This document shows positions 36,826 to 40,222 of a stretch of 40,222 bases of DNA, one piece after another; position 1 is the first letter of the stretch, and every line of letters starts with the position of its first letter. The translations under genes were made by a program, and so were the position numbers. This stretch comes from Octopus sinensis (taxonomy: Eukaryota): positions 1 to 40,222 of the forward strand of contig NW_021835693.1 in NCBI RefSeq assembly GCF_006345805.1, in the 5' to 3' direction. Under the pieces are notes generated by a model. The model was given only the letters and a program-made list of their open reading frames with translations. It was not told the origin of the DNA and searched no databases.

Positions 36826-37312
36826 GCTTATGTGTGTGTGTTTGTGTTGATGAAGTCCTTATGTTTGTGTTTCGATGTTGACGTAACTTTTGTTGCAGAA
36901 AGTCCTATGAATTTTATACTAATCTATGTAATTATATGATGCTGATGATGATGATAATGATGATGACGATGGTGACGAGGAGGAGGAGGAGTAGGTTGTG
37001 GTGGTGGTGGAGGAAGAGGTGAAGGAGGAGAAGGAGAAGGAAGAAGACGAAGAGAAGAAGGATGGCGATGATGTTGATAATTGACGTGATGTTTTCATTA
37101 GCTCTGGACTAGTCATTAAGTGCTAAATGACACCTTAATTATTGTAGAATAATTGTGGTAAGCAGCGTTTAGGCTGTCAGTTCGTTCCTTTCGTTAACAT
37201 TTCATTCTCTGTAATAATAATAACAATAACAACAACAACAACAATAATAACAAGAACGATAATAATAACAATGATAACAACAACAACAGCAAACAACAAC
37301 AACAACAGCAAC

Positions 37313-37344
<32 letters not shown>

Positions 37345-37376
37345 TAACGGCAATGATGATGATGGTAATAATAATG

Positions 37377-37415
<39 letters not shown>

Positions 37416-37419
37416 TAAC

Positions 37420-37501
<82 letters not shown>

Positions 37502-37891
37502 GTTTCAAATTTTGGCATAGTAATTTTGGGGAAGGGGTTGAATCGATTACACCGACCCCGTCCCCCGACTGGTTCTTATTTTATCGACCCCGAAAGGATG
37601 AAAGGCAGAGTCGACCACGGCAGAATTTGAACTCAGAACATGAAAACAGACAAAATGCCGCAAAGCATTTCGATATCTTGTCATGCGATGTTTATTTTGA
37701 TACGAGACCACCATGTAGCACACATATGGTTGTGATGCATGTGTCTGGTGTACCCTTATCAGACGGGTAATCGTGATGGGTATATTGGAATTCGCATATT
37801 TGTACCCCGGTGTCACTTTGATGTCATGAACTGCTGTCTCACTCACTGATGATGATGATGATGAGGAGGAGGAGGAGGAGGAGGAGGAGGA

Positions 37892-38368
37892 TTAGCCATG
37901 GAGCCAAAACCGCTTAATGTGGTATATATAAAATGCCTCGAAGCCACTATTGAAACACACAAAGAAGGCCAGCGTCATTAAAACTGAAAAGTGTGTAACG
38001 AAAGAAAAACTTAAACAAGAAATGGACAAAAAAAAAAAAATAAAAGGAAAACGCACGGAAAGAAAAAAAATGTGCGGTCACTTGGCAAGAGATGTGGACG
38101 CCAAGACAGATACAGAGAACCGGTGGCTATGGACGAGGAGAAGTGACCTAAAGATAGAGACAGAAACACTCATATGCGCAGCTCAAGAACAAGCATCAAG
38201 GACGAACTATATGAAGTGCAGAATAGATAATACTACCGACAGCGACAAATGCAGAATGTGTGGTGAGGGGGATGAAACGGTATATGGCACCTTTTTAGCG
38301 AATGCCCGAAATTGGCACAAGGCGAATACAAAAAACACCATGACAATGTAGCAAGAATTGGGAGCTCT
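37892..38368 (+). pseudogene. RLE-type LINE fragment (copy 2, frameshifted in the knuckle)
   Basis: Same sequence as copy 1; gaaacggtatATggcacc carries a 2 bp insertion. Confidence 0.85.
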
Positions 38369-38472
38369 GTGGAAATTACGGGAATTCTGTGGAAATCACG
38401 TGTGTGTGTGTCTGTGGAAAACATGTGTGTGTGTGTGTGTCTGTGGAAAACATGTGTGTGTGTGTGTGTTGC

Positions 38473-38507
<35 letters not shown>

Positions 38508-38994
38508 GCTTATGTGTGTGTGTTTGTGTTGATGAAGTCCTTATGTTTGTGTTTCGATGTTGACGTAACTTTTGTTGCAGAAAGTCCTATGAATTTTATA
38601 CTAATCTATGTAATTATATGATGCTGATGATGATGATAATGATGATGACGATGGTGACGAGGAGGAGGAGGAGTAGGTTGTGGTGGTGGTGGAGGAAGAG
38701 GTGAAGGAGGAGAAGGAGAAGGAAGAAGACGAAGAGAAGAAGGATGGCGATGATGTTGATAATTGACGTGATGTTTTCATTAGCTCTGGACTAGTCATTA
38801 AGTGCTAAATGACACCTTAATTATTGTAGAATAATTGTGGTAAGCAGCGTTTAGGCTGTCAGTTCGTTCCTTTCGTTAACATTTCATTCTCTGTAATAAT
38901 AATAACAATAACAACAACAACAACAATAATAACAAGAACGATAATAATAACAATGATAACAACAACAACAGCAAACAACAACAACAACAGCAAC

Positions 38995-39026
<32 letters not shown>

Positions 39027-39058
39027 TAACGGCAATGATGATGATGGTAATAATAATG

Positions 39059-39138
<80 letters not shown>

Positions 39139-39142
39139 GGCA

Positions 39143-39176
<34 letters not shown>

Positions 39177-39264
39177 CTTTATTAACAACAGAGGGTTTAC
39201 ATTAAGAAAATCATTATTGACAGTACAGGACAAAACAAAGATTGTGTGTGTGTGTGGTGTGTGT

Positions 39265-39313
<49 letters not shown>

Positions 39314-40131
39314 TGTGTGTGTGTGAGGGTTTTGTGTGTAAACAAGATAAATATAATGGCAATAAAAATATTTTTAAAAATTCAACAATTCAGCGGTGGT
39401 GCCCCAGCATGGCCGCGGCCTTCGGGCTAAAACATTTTAAGGATTTAAGGAATTAAATAGGGAAGAGATGTTCGAGGACTACCCGTGGAAAAACCCCATA
39501 AAAACCATGGATGCCCTGACTTTTGGGACAGGTGTCTTTTCTTCTTTCCTTTTTACCATCTACAAATGTATGCTCAGGGCAGGCAGATTCATTCGAACCA
39601 TTCTCACCACTTTCATCCACCTTTCAGCAAACTGGCAAGACAACACTTCCCTCTCTAACCTTATTTTTCTTTTCAAGTAAAACTTGAAAAAGTTGATCAG
39701 GGATTGGCCCCCTAAGCGAAAAGTATTGTCTTCTGATCCTTTAGTCTCGTCCACCATACAACCTCTTTCGTCATGGCCACCGATGATAATATGTGCTTAC
39801 ATACAAATTTACGAATGCGTGCGTACGCTTGTGTTGTATTTATATCTGTTCGCATGTAACAATATTTTTAACTGCCATTTTTTGACATGAGAAATTAGCT
39901 TAAATATAAATATACACAACTAATTTCGTACATGAAACGGAAGTCCGTTCCGCCACCGTCTTCCTTCACTGACGAAATCCGAATTCCATTTTTCTTGCCT
40001 AATTCTAAATAAAAATGATTCAGAAAGCATTCTTTTACATACAATTTTATATTTAAGAGATGATAAGTTAAGTACAATATTTACATTATTTACATTCGAC
40101 GGATATTTGTTCTAATCTTGTTTGTTGTTAA

Positions 40132-40171
40132 TACATTTCGGCTGATATACCCTCCAGCCTTCTTCAGGTGT
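40132..40171 (-). ncRNA. Decayed hammerhead-like motif in a Penelope-like remnant
   Basis: acac CTGAAGA A GGCTG gagggtatat CAGCC GAAA tgta; canonical core and 5 bp helix II, but helices I and III do not pair cleanly. Confidence 0.5.
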
Positions 40172-40222
40172 CTTGGGGAGATTTCGAACCTGGGTTCTCA
40201 TTCCTAAGTAGTTATTATTATT

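Overview
Eukaryotic genomic DNA, extremely rich in microsatellites and SINEs. The repeat landscape (tRNA-headed SINEs, RLE- and RTE-type LINE remnants, long (AAT)n, (CA)n, (TACA)n and (CTAT)n tracts) best fits an octopod cephalopod genome; this is an inference, not a database match. Almost all ORFs in the track are artefacts of simple repeats or SINEs. One host gene can be reconstructed by hand on the minus strand: three spliced exons (28654-28822, 23712-23872, 21307-21458) with GT-AG sites and matching phases encode about 160 aa, containing two chitin-binding peritrophin-A (CBM14) domains and an acidic, Gly/Tyr-rich tail. Its first (signal-peptide) exon was not found. The main hidden signal is a set of hammerhead-ribozyme-like motifs that no ORF explains: five related short elements ending at (TA)n with minimal type I cores (6.6-12 kb), a larger type I motif at 4452-4535, a decayed one at about 40.15 kb, and an odd type III-like motif lacking helix II at 10878-10944. 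Other structures include a near-identical 1.68 kb tandem duplication, a 365-420 bp inverted repeat, 558 bp direct repeats bracketing the last two exons, a Helitron abutting a splice acceptor, a 78 bp hairpin MITE, SINEs with visible target-site duplications, and a tRNA-like head fused to a 29 bp minisatellite. No CRISPR array, rRNA or genuine tRNA was seen. All folds and alignments were done by eye.
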